From positions 1-18,311 of the forward strand of contig CAZAPD010000101.1 of the NCBI GenBank assembly GCA_964487115.1: DNA of 18,311 bases, written 5' to 3'. The notes beneath the pieces are model-generated. The model saw only the letters and a list, made by a program, of their open reading frames with translations, made no database searches and was not told the DNA's origin. Below are positions 1 to 7,174 of this stretch, piece after piece. The position numbers and the translations under genes were made by a program. The stretch's first letter is position 1. The number at the start of each line of letters is the position of its first letter. The stretch is from an uncultured Thermococci archaeon (GTDB taxonomy: Archaea > Methanobacteriota_B > Thermococci > Thermococcales > Thermococcaceae).

Positions 1-54
1 GAGCGATGAAGACCTCTAGGGTATCTGAAGGATGATGAAGGTCAAAGACTGAGC

Positions 55-396
55 TCACTCCTTTTCCACTTCCTCTATCTCTTCCATTATGTGCTCGAAC
101 TTCTTATATTCTTCACTCTGCCCTATTAGGGTTATGAACTCGTCAATCTCCTTCTTTTCAAGAAAGGCTCCAGCAAGGAGTTTTCCTGTATAATGATTGT
201 TTTTAATCTCCCAGAACATGTAAAACTCTGGAAAGCTCTCTTTGATCTTCCTATAAGCAACGCCATATTTTGAATCCTTGAGAGGGTTCTGCTCAAGATA
301 GAAATGATTCGGCCCAAGCTCAATCATGTGGAGAATCGCTCCTCTTCGAGTTTTAACAAGCTTTATCTTGGCATTCCATTCCTTCAGAACTTTCAT
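55..396 (-). CDS. Hypothetical protein, 113 aa
   Basis: ORF with ATG and a strong SD (AGGAGGTGA, reverse complement of 401-409); 39 nt downstream of gcvH in the same orientation; no motif recognised. Confidence 0.8.
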   Translation of the reverse strand: MKVLKEWNAKIKLVKTRRGAILHMIELGPNHFYLEQNPLKDSKYGVAYRKIKESFPEFYMFWEIKNNHYTGKLLAGAFLEKKEIDEFITLIGQSEEYKKFEHIMEEIEEVEKE

Positions 397-435
397 AAAC
401 TCACCTCCTGGAAAGGATATAGAAATGAAGAAATG

Positions 436-840
436 TCAAAGACTCTCCAAATACTCCGCGTAAGCTTTAGCATCCATTAACTCCTTGAGCTCCTCTTCGA
501 GATTCTCTGGTTTGAGCTTAGCTATCCAGTTTGCGTAGGGATCTTCATTAATGAGCTCTGGGCTGTCTTCAAGTTCCTCGTTAACCTCTACAACCTCACC
601 GCTCACAGGAGCATATACTTCACTTACGGCTTTAACGCTCTCTACCTCACAGAGGACATCTCCTTTCTTGAAAGTTGCTCCAACTTCCGGAAGCTCCACA
701 TATGCTATATCTCCGAGCTCCTTCTGAGCGTAGTCACTTATTCCGACGAGAACAGTTCCATCTTCAAGAACCTTTGCCCATTCATGGTCTTTCGTATAGT
801 AAAGACCCTCTTCAACTTTATACTCTCCGACTTCGATCAT
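436..840 (-). CDS. gcvH: Glycine cleavage system H protein (lipoyl carrier)
   Basis: YTKDHEW, GISDYAQKELGDIAYVELP, lipoyl-lysine motif ESVKAVSE, and INEDPY..WI. Start moved to ATG 840, because GGTGGT at 845-850 is better read as the SD than as the GTG start at 849. Confidence 0.96.
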   Translation of the reverse strand: MIEVGEYKVEEGLYYTKDHEWAKVLEDGTVLVGISDYAQKELGDIAYVELPEVGATFKKGDVLCEVESVKAVSEVYAPVSGEVVEVNEELEDSPELINEDPYANWIAKLKPENLEEELKELMDAKAYAEYLESL

Positions 841-872
841 GAGAACCACCGAAAAGTTTTACACCTAAAAAC

Positions 873-886
873 AATTTAAACCTTCT
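873..886 (-). promoter_or_regulatory. Putative BRE-TATA for gcvH
   Basis: Minus strand reads AGAAGG-TTTAAATT, about 35 nt upstream of the ATG. Confidence 0.6.
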
Positions 887-970
887 GGTAGATAATCATT
901 GGTGTGCTTGACAATCCCCAGTTTGTGCTATACCAACTCTCCAATCGTACCCAAGCAACCCCAATCACCA

Positions 971-985
971 CAAAAGCATTATAAC
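971..985 (+). promoter_or_regulatory. Putative BRE-TATA for the Mrp operon (probably leaderless mRNA)
   Basis: CAAAAGCA-TTATAA ends 23 nt before ATG 1008, and there is no SD before that ATG. Confidence 0.6.
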
Positions 986-1007
986 ATTCAAATTCAAAAA
1001 TAAAAAT

Positions 1008-1613
1008 ATGAGCCGTATGCACTTTTATCTTAAGGAACGCCTTGAAGATGTCAGGAAAAGGGTTCTCTACGAACAGTATAAAGCCCAAAAAATACCTGTA
1101 TGGGAAAGAATTGCCTTAACCTGGGCTGTTTTATTTCCCTTCTGGCTGGTAGTTAGTGGAAACACTCATCCCGGCAATCTAATAATTGGAGCCGTTACAA
1201 CCCTCATAATCTCTTCCTTCATGAGGGATATGCTAACGAAAGATATACGGCCCAGGGGCAACATACTCCAGAAAGCTATATATTTCCTGCTGATATATGC
1301 CCCTCAGCTCACAGTGATCATGATGTTCAGAATTCTGGAGAGTAGCATCAAAGTTGCAAAGAACGTCATATTTATGGATATAAACCCAGGGGTAGTCAAA
1401 ATAAAAACTGACCTAAACTCAGATACTGGGATAGCTGTTCTTGCCAACTCCATAACCCTAACTCCCGGAACGTTAACCCTTGATGTTAAGAGGAAACTTG
1501 GAGAAACATATCTCTACGTCCACTGGATTGATGTTGAAACTCTGAATAGAGAAAAGGCTGGAGAAAAAATAAAGGGGGATATTGAGGAATGGTTGAAGAG
1601 AATCTTCTGGTAG
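1008..1613 (+). CDS. mnhE: Mrp/Mnh antiporter subunit E (MbhA-like)
   Basis: INPGVVKIKTDL, LANSITLTPGTLTLD and LYVHWID are the MnhE signature; two N-terminal TM helices. Confidence 0.93.
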   Translation: MSRMHFYLKERLEDVRKRVLYEQYKAQKIPVWERIALTWAVLFPFWLVVSGNTHPGNLIIGAVTTLIISSFMRDMLTKDIRPRGNILQKAIYFLLIYAPQLTVIMMFRILESSIKVAKNVIFMDINPGVVKIKTDLNSDTGIAVLANSITLTPGTLTLDVKRKLGETYLYVHWIDVETLNREKAGEKIKGDIEEWLKRIFW

Positions 1614-1861
1614 GAGCTGTTATGATACTGACATTTACCAGTCTATTGCTCACCTACCGCGTGCTTTTTGGTCCAACAACACCAGATAGAATAGTGGGAG
1701 TTAATACCATAACAACAAAAGTGGTAGTCATGCTTGCGATTTTTGCTGTTATCAGGGGAGAATACTACCTCCTTGATTTATCTATAGTCCTTTTGATGGT
1801 GAATTCAGTTGGAGGTCTAATATTCGCCAAATACCTTGAGAGGGGTGGGGCAATTGATTGA
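1589..1861 (+). CDS. mnhF: Mrp/Mnh antiporter subunit F (MbhB-like)
   Basis: YRVLFGPTTPDRIVG motif, 3 TM helices, ends AKYLERG. Confidence 0.92.
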   Translation: MVEENLLVGAVMILTFTSLLLTYRVLFGPTTPDRIVGVNTITTKVVVMLAIFAVIRGEYYLLDLSIVLLMVNSVGGLIFAKYLERGGAID

Positions 1862-2168
1862 GTATCCCATGCTGATCTTTGGGGAGACCATAATGATTTT
1901 CGGCGCTCTGGGAATACTCCGATTCCCTGATGTCTATACGAGACTTCATGCAGCGACCAAATGTGATACTGGAGGAGCCATGACAATTTTAATAGCTCTG
2001 GCTATAACAACCAATGCTCCCGCCCTTATAAAGTTCAAGTTTCTGGTTCTGGCATTCCTCATAGCTCTGGTTAACCCCATGGTCTCCCATGCAATAGCCC
2101 GGGGTGCATACAAATACGGAATAAAACCGAAAGTCGTGGTGGATATGTATGCTTGGGATAATCCATGA
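1854..2168 (+). CDS. mnhG: Mrp/Mnh antiporter subunit G (MbhC-like)
   Basis: GILRFPDVYTRLHAATK and NPMVSHAIARGA. Start placed at TTG 1854 after the GGGGTGGGG SD; the ORF track starts at 1836. Confidence 0.92.
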   Translation: MIEYPMLIFGETIMIFGALGILRFPDVYTRLHAATKCDTGGAMTILIALAITTNAPALIKFKFLVLAFLIALVNPMVSHAIARGAYKYGIKPKVVVDMYAWDNP

Positions 2169-2403
2169 TATCCTCCTGCTTATGATGGTAATTCTTTCAG
2201 TGGCAATAATAGAGGAGAAGAACCTCGTAAATGCTGTGGTTGAATACATTCTCCTCGGATTAACTTTTGCAGTTGTCTTGTTCCAGCTTGGAGCGCCAGA
2301 TGTGGCATTATCCGCCATAGTGGTTGGGGCTGTGGTAGTTGGACTCTTTCTCTTCACGATAGGGGAGGTGAGGAAGTGGGATTTGAATACAGATACAGAA
2401 TAG
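2149..2403 (+). CDS. MbhD-like small membrane subunit (DUF4040 type, MrpA C-terminal part)
   Basis: LGAPDVALSAIVVG motif, 3 TM helices, position in the operon. Confidence 0.85.
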   Translation: MLGIIHDILLLMMVILSVAIIEEKNLVNAVVEYILLGLTFAVVLFQLGAPDVALSAIVVGAVVVGLFLFTIGEVRKWDLNTDTE

Positions 2404-2636
2404 GGGGATTGGTTATAATCACCGCACTGGCAACCCTGCTGTTTTCCCTTGATTACTCAAGGAGCGGATTTGGAAGCTATTCCTATTATATCTCCAACTG
2501 GCAGGATGTTGGGATTCCAAACCTTGTAACGGCAATAGTTGCAGACTGGCGAGCCTATGATAGCCTTGGAGAGGCCACACTGCTCTTCACAGCTGTTACA
2601 GGTGTGTATCTCCTTTTAGGAGGGAAGAAAAAATGA
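2376..2636 (+). CDS. MbhE-like small membrane subunit
   Basis: PNLVTAIVADWRAYDSLGEATLLFTA matches the N-x-V-T-A-I-x-x-D-x-R-x-x-D-T/S-L-G-E motif. Confidence 0.87.
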   Translation: MGFEYRYRIGGLVIITALATLLFSLDYSRSGFGSYSYYISNWQDVGIPNLVTAIVADWRAYDSLGEATLLFTAVTGVYLLLGGKKK

Positions 2637-3040
2637 AGATGAGTCTGGTCGTTAGAACAACTACTAAACTCGTAAGCCCCTTCCTCGTAGCTTATGCAGC
2701 CTATCTGATGATTTATGGACAATTAAGCCCGGGAGGGGGTTTTCAGGCTGGTGTAATACTTGCTGTAAGCGTTATATTACTCGTCGTCTCCCAGGGATAT
2801 AAGAGCGTTAAAAAGAGATTCAAACTGAAAGAAGTCGGTGTAATCGAGGGGATTTCAGCCTTAGGTCTGGTACTCCTTGGATTAACCGGTACAATCTTTG
2901 GAGGATTTTTCTACAACTTCCTTAAAGGCACGTGGAACGGTGGTACTGTCCCACTCTTCAACATAAGCGTGGGGCTGAAAGTGGGAGCGGCCTTTGTGAT
3001 GGTTTTCTATGTTATGCTGAGGTGGGTTGAAAGTGATTGA
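2633..3040 (+). CDS. mnhB: Mrp/Mnh antiporter subunit B (MbhF-like)
   Basis: GQLSPGGGFQAG, IEG and NISVGLKVG motifs; 4 TM helices. Confidence 0.92.
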   Translation: MKMSLVVRTTTKLVSPFLVAYAAYLMIYGQLSPGGGFQAGVILAVSVILLVVSQGYKSVKKRFKLKEVGVIEGISALGLVLLGLTGTIFGGFFYNFLKGTWNGGTVPLFNISVGLKVGAAFVMVFYVMLRWVESD

Positions 3041-3326
3041 GGCTGAAATGGTAGGAATAACAATCATGCTGGTGGGGTTCTACGGTCTAATGAGCAAAAA
3101 GGATCCAATAAAGATAGTTCTTTCGATAAACATAGTTTCGGTGGGTCTGGTTCTATTTTTTGTCGGAACAGGATGCATAAAAGAGGCAAAGGCTCCAATA
3201 ATGCCTCGAAAGAGCGTTGTTGATCCACTGCCAGCGGCTCTGATGCTCACTACCCTCGTGGTTGATGTCGCCATAACAGCATTAGCACTTACGATAATAC
3301 TGAGGATGAGGAGGAGAATGACATGA
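3033..3326 (+). CDS. mnhC: Mrp/Mnh antiporter subunit C (MbhG-like)
   Basis: KKDPIKIVLSINI and VDPLPAALMLTTLVV. Start GTG 3033 or TTG 3027. Confidence 0.92.
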   Translation: MIEAEMVGITIMLVGFYGLMSKKDPIKIVLSINIVSVGLVLFFVGTGCIKEAKAPIMPRKSVVDPLPAALMLTTLVVDVAITALALTIILRMRRRMT

Positions 3327-4834
3327 TTTCCCTCCTCGTCTCGATACCCATGCTGTTTGCTTTCATGCTCGTTCTTGTCGATATTCTGGCTAAATCACAA
3401 AGAATTAAAACCAAACTTGTGCCTGCCATATATCTTCTCGGTTCATTTCTGCCGTGGCTGGTTCTGTGGACTTCCTGCAAAAACATGCCTGTAGACGAAG
3501 TAGTAGGTAACTGGACCAGAATGGGGGGCATTGAGATCGCTCTTGACAATTACAATTTTTATTTCATACTCGGAGCACTGGTGCTGTTCTCCATGGTCTC
3601 CATTTACTCTTTTGGACACTTCAGGGAAGGAAAAGCATATTCCGTCATCTTGCTTATGGAGGCAGGCGTACTTGGAGCGTTTATAAGCCGTGACCTTTTC
3701 AACTATTACATATACATGGAGATAGCATCAGTATGTGCATTTATCCTGACTGCACTTTCTGAAGAAAAGGGTGCAAAAAAAGCGGCCTTTCGTTATCTGG
3801 TTTTTTCTCTAACGGCTTCCTATCTCTTTATATTCGCCCTCGGCATTATATACCTGAAAACGGGCTATCTGAATCTAAACCTAATAAAGGGGTCTGCAAA
3901 TTCAAAGGAAATAAACGTGGCAATTGGCATAGCATTCTCAGCTCTCATTCTTAAAGCAGGGATATTTCCTCTCCACTTCTGGCTTCCGGATGCCCATTCC
4001 AAAGCCTCCACTCCAGCAAGTGCTCTCCTCTCAGGTGTTGTGGTCAAAGTCCCTATTTACGGCATGCTGCTCCTTTTCTACGCATTCCCTATTGGAGAAA
4101 TGATGCGAAAAGCACTCTTTACTGTTTCATTCCTTTCAATCTTCAGCGGACTACTCGGTGCCCTCCTTCAGATCAATGCAAAGAGGCTTTTGGCATATTC
4201 AACCGTATCCCAGCTCGGCTATGTCCTCCTCGGCCTTTCGACAGGTAGTATCTATGGAGCCATATATTACTCCTTTGCCCACATGCTCTTCAAAGGCGGC
4301 CTCTTTCTCGGAGTTGGCTCTCTAACTGATGCCCAAAGTACAAAAGACTTGAGAGAGCTCAGTTACAGAGGAAACAGGAGCATTATGATTGCTGTGCTGC
4401 TTTTGAGCCTGGCACTTTCAGGAGTCTCCCCCTTCATAACTGCCTATAGCAAAAAACTAATAATGGGAGATATCACAGGTTCAGGTCTTTTCTTGCTGTA
4501 TGCCGCCACAATTGGCACTATGCTATACGCCATCAAACTCAACTACCTCCTCTCAGAACCCGGAAGAAATGGAAGTGCAAAAGCTCCCTCTTCACTAATA
4601 CTTGCACTATTAACACTGCTCCTTGGTATCTATATGAATCCCTCGATGAACCCTGCCGATTGGGGACTTCTTGTACTGGCATCCGGTATTTTCATCCTCC
4701 TCAGGAAATTTAAAGTTCTGGAGGAGATTCCTCGGTTTGAACAGGTTCGAGAATTCGGAAGAGAACTCAATATATACATGGTCACCTTCTTTCTCTTTGT
4801 GCTTGCAATGATGCTAATACAGAGGCTTCAGTGA
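3323..4834 (+). CDS. mnhD: Mrp/Mnh antiporter subunit D (MbhH/NuoN-like proton-translocating subunit)
   Basis: DLFNYYIYMEI (conserved Glu), KAGIFPLHFWLPDAH, SALLSGVVVK, KRLLAYSTVSQLGY, HMLFKGGLF; about 14 TM helices. Confidence 0.94.
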   Translation: MISLLVSIPMLFAFMLVLVDILAKSQRIKTKLVPAIYLLGSFLPWLVLWTSCKNMPVDEVVGNWTRMGGIEIALDNYNFYFILGALVLFSMVSIYSFGHFREGKAYSVILLMEAGVLGAFISRDLFNYYIYMEIASVCAFILTALSEEKGAKKAAFRYLVFSLTASYLFIFALGIIYLKTGYLNLNLIKGSANSKEINVAIGIAFSALILKAGIFPLHFWLPDAHSKASTPASALLSGVVVKVPIYGMLLLFYAFPIGEMMRKALFTVSFLSIFSGLLGALLQINAKRLLAYSTVSQLGYVLLGLSTGSIYGAIYYSFAHMLFKGGLFLGVGSLTDAQSTKDLRELSYRGNRSIMIAVLLLSLALSGVSPFITAYSKKLIMGDITGSGLFLLYAATIGTMLYAIKLNYLLSEPGRNGSAKAPSSLILALLTLLLGIYMNPSMNPADWGLLVLASGIFILLRKFKVLEEIPRFEQVREFGRELNIYMVTFFLFVLAMMLIQRLQ

Positions 4835-5221
4835 CACCTCCCGGACCTCTTCAATCTCAGAAAGCTCTTTTTTGAGCTCCTCCACACCCACAGTCGCACC
4901 ACTTATATCCACAACAGCTACTATGGCGGCAAACCCTATATGCTCAAGCTCCTCTGCCTCGTTGAACAATATGTTGGCCCTGTTCCTTCCCAAGACATCA
5001 CTTATTTTCGCAAGAACTCCCGGTTTATCAAGAACAACGAGTTCTATCTCCACAAGCTTTTTTCCAGGCAGAGCAATTCTTTCGAGATGAATCTCGTTCA
5101 AATCAGTGTCCACCTCAACCAGAAAGTATGAACCTTCAAGCAGACCCACTTCATATGCATAATCCAGTGGAATTTCAATCCGACCTTTCTCCTTCACCCT
5201 GATAATCTCATAATGCCTCAT
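4814..5221 (-). CDS. AbrB-like N-terminal domain plus ACT domain protein, putative ligand-responsive regulator
   Basis: RVKEKGRIEIP...VGLLEG (AbrB/MazE-like) followed by DKPGVLAKISDVLGRNRANI (ACT). Overlaps the mnhD 3' end convergently by 21 nt. Confidence 0.8.
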   Translation of the reverse strand: MRHYEIIRVKEKGRIEIPLDYAYEVGLLEGSYFLVEVDTDLNEIHLERIALPGKKLVEIELVVLDKPGVLAKISDVLGRNRANILFNEAEELEHIGFAAIVAVVDISGATVGVEELKKELSEIEEVREVSLKPLY

Positions 5222-5310
5222 ACTGGAAGCTTGGAGAAAAAGTAATTAAGGTTTATGCCTCAATATTACTGCTACAGCATCCCCCTCTTATACCCAAAGG
5301 AGGCAGCCAA

Positions 5311-6456
5311 GTGAATGTAATTGGTTATGTCTTCATAATCATCGCCGTTGGAAGAATCCTTGCAGAGATATTTGAAAGGTTAGGATATCCTGGCTTTCTG
5401 GGCGAGATTTCAGCAGGACTTATTTTAGGTGTAATCTTTGTCGACCTGCCAAGGGATGAAATGAGTCTCTTAGCTCAGTTTGGGATCTTCTTCCTCATGA
5501 TATATGCCGGTCTTGAACTCACCCCTGAGGAAGTAAGGCTCGGGGGAAGGAAGAGTTTTCCGATATATGTAGCGACGTATTTAGTGATGCTCTTTATAAC
5601 GCTACCTTTCACTGGATATTCACTCTCATATGACAGTCTGGTCGTTGCTGCGATACTCTCTGTAGCATCTGCTCCAATAGTGATAACCCTTGCAAGATTC
5701 TTTGGGAAGGAATTTCTTCATGTTGCACTTTCCTATGCAGTTATAAGTGAAGTTGGGAGCCTTGTAATTCTATATCTCCTCATAAACTTCGAATTACACC
5801 ATCTCAGCTATACAGGCCTATTCCTTGAATTTGTGAAAGATATACTCTTCCTGGGTATCGTCCTCGGGTTGAATTACATTATAGGCATACAGCATAAGGT
5901 TCAGATAATCAGAGCCCTAAGGAGGCTCAAGAGCGATGAGGCAGTTTTTGGAGTATTCATGATACTCTCAACATCTCTGGCTCTTATAAGCGAGGAAATT
6001 GGCCTCCATTTCAGCATTGGTGGGTTTCTTGCAGGTCTGCTCCTCCACAGTGACCTCGTTGGCACAAAGCAGTTTGAGAGGCTTCATACCATAATATCAG
6101 GAATAACCTACGGCATCTTTGCTCCAATATTCTTTGCATGGAGAGGCATTAACTTTGAGACCGAATTTTCCCGCGAGGTGATATACTTCTTTGTGCTGAT
6201 TTACTTCGTTAGAGTACTCCTAACGACGCTCTTCGTGTGGAAAGATAACTTCAAGAGCTCGATAGTCCGAGCCACAGGAATAGCAAGCTTTGGTGTCCTC
6301 GGCTTACTCGTTGGAGAGCTCGGTTATGAGCATGGCATCTTAAGCGCCCACATGTATGCCTTGGCTTCCCTTGCCAGTATAATGGGAATATTCATCTCTG
6401 CAACAATCGGTCGTATAGTCTCATACATCAACGAAAGGCAGAACATAGAGATCTGA
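5311..6456 (+). CDS. Cation:proton antiporter, CPA2 (NapA/Kef-like), no RCK domain
   Basis: ERLGYPGFLGEISAGLILG, LMIYAGLEL, GLHFSIGGFLAGLLL, GIFAPIFF; 12-13 TM helices; SD GGAGG before the GTG. Confidence 0.88.
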   Translation: MNVIGYVFIIIAVGRILAEIFERLGYPGFLGEISAGLILGVIFVDLPRDEMSLLAQFGIFFLMIYAGLELTPEEVRLGGRKSFPIYVATYLVMLFITLPFTGYSLSYDSLVVAAILSVASAPIVITLARFFGKEFLHVALSYAVISEVGSLVILYLLINFELHHLSYTGLFLEFVKDILFLGIVLGLNYIIGIQHKVQIIRALRRLKSDEAVFGVFMILSTSLALISEEIGLHFSIGGFLAGLLLHSDLVGTKQFERLHTIISGITYGIFAPIFFAWRGINFETEFSREVIYFFVLIYFVRVLLTTLFVWKDNFKSSIVRATGIASFGVLGLLVGELGYEHGILSAHMYALASLASIMGIFISATIGRIVSYINERQNIEI

Positions 6457-6531
6457 TAATTTAATCAGTGTTCAGTGCCTTATTCTTGTTTTAACTTCCG
6501 AAAACTTGGCTATTTTTGATTTGGTCAAAAT

Positions 6532-6547
6532 CCGAAAGCTTTATAAG
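6532..6547 (+). promoter_or_regulatory. BRE-TATA for pdaD-speD-speE
   Basis: CCGAAAGC-TTTATAAG is a near-consensus Thermococcales promoter; it implies a 5' UTR of about 80 nt. Confidence 0.7.
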
Positions 6548-6650
6548 CAAACCATCGAGTAGCGACTAATTGAATTGAAAATTTTGGGATTACCACATAC
6601 CAAATCAAAATTGGAGGCTTTGTAATACTCTACAAAGGAGGTCGTGAGAG

Positions 6651-7124
6651 ATGAGCTGGACTACGCCCAAAAGGGCATTCCTTGGCGCTGCATCGGCCGA
6701 AGGCGGGACAAAACTAAATGCCTTTGATAATGCATTGTTAAAGCTGGGTATTGGAAATGTCAATCTCGTCAAGCTCAGCAGTGTTATTCCCGCACACATA
6801 GAATGGATGGATGAAGTGCATAACGTTCCAGTGGGTATGTTACTTCCGACAGTTTATGCCCATATAGAGAGTGATGAGCCGGGCTCAACAATAAGCGCAG
6901 CCTTAGGCGTCGGAATCAGCGAAGGAAACGAGGGTGGTCTCATATACGAGTACTCCGGCTACTGCACCAAAGAAGAAGCTGAAGAGATGGTGCGCAGAAT
7001 GGTTGAGGAAGGCTTCCGTGTCCGGGGATGGAAGCTCGGAGAATTTAAAGTAGCCTCAGCCGAAGCGACTGTTAAAGATAAGCCTGTCGCTGCTTTGGCA
7101 GTTGTTGTAATGTTTCCATACTAA
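6651..7124 (+). CDS. pdaD: Pyruvoyl-dependent arginine decarboxylase
   Basis: LNAFDNALLKLGIGNVNLVKLSSVIP contains the Ser-Ser self-cleavage site; ISAALGVG and GLIYEY; SD GGAGGT at 6637-6642. Confidence 0.95.
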   Translation: MSWTTPKRAFLGAASAEGGTKLNAFDNALLKLGIGNVNLVKLSSVIPAHIEWMDEVHNVPVGMLLPTVYAHIESDEPGSTISAALGVGISEGNEGGLIYEYSGYCTKEEAEEMVRRMVEEGFRVRGWKLGEFKVASAEATVKDKPVAALAVVVMFPY

Positions 7125-7174
7125 ATACCATGTCATTAAAAATTCAGGGGGTGGTCATATGGGAGGTGAGGACG

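Noticed and set aside
1..54. Possible 3' end of a + strand gene (…SDEDL* at 2-19)
   Set aside because: Too little sequence to support a call.
850..1007. SurR (GTT-N3-AAC) or TGM sites in the Mrp promoter
   Set aside because: No match found by eye; the nearest, GTTTTACAC, has a mismatch.
876..1088. 70-aa minus-strand ORF
   Set aside because: Runs across two promoters and antisense to mnhE; no recognisable motif.
1008..4834. Membrane-bound hydrogenase (Mbh) or sulfane reductase (Mbs) operon
   Set aside because: No NiFe/Fe-S catalytic or NuoH-like subunits follow; the operon ends at a convergent gene.
6620..6625. TTG-TAA start-stop mini-ORF after GGAGG in the pdaD leader
   Set aside because: Only 2 nt between the SD and TTG, too short for normal initiation.
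7130..7174. 15-aa N-terminal extension of SpeD in the ORF track
   Set aside because: ATG 7130 has no SD; ATG 7175 has a perfect SD and gives a typical SpeD length.
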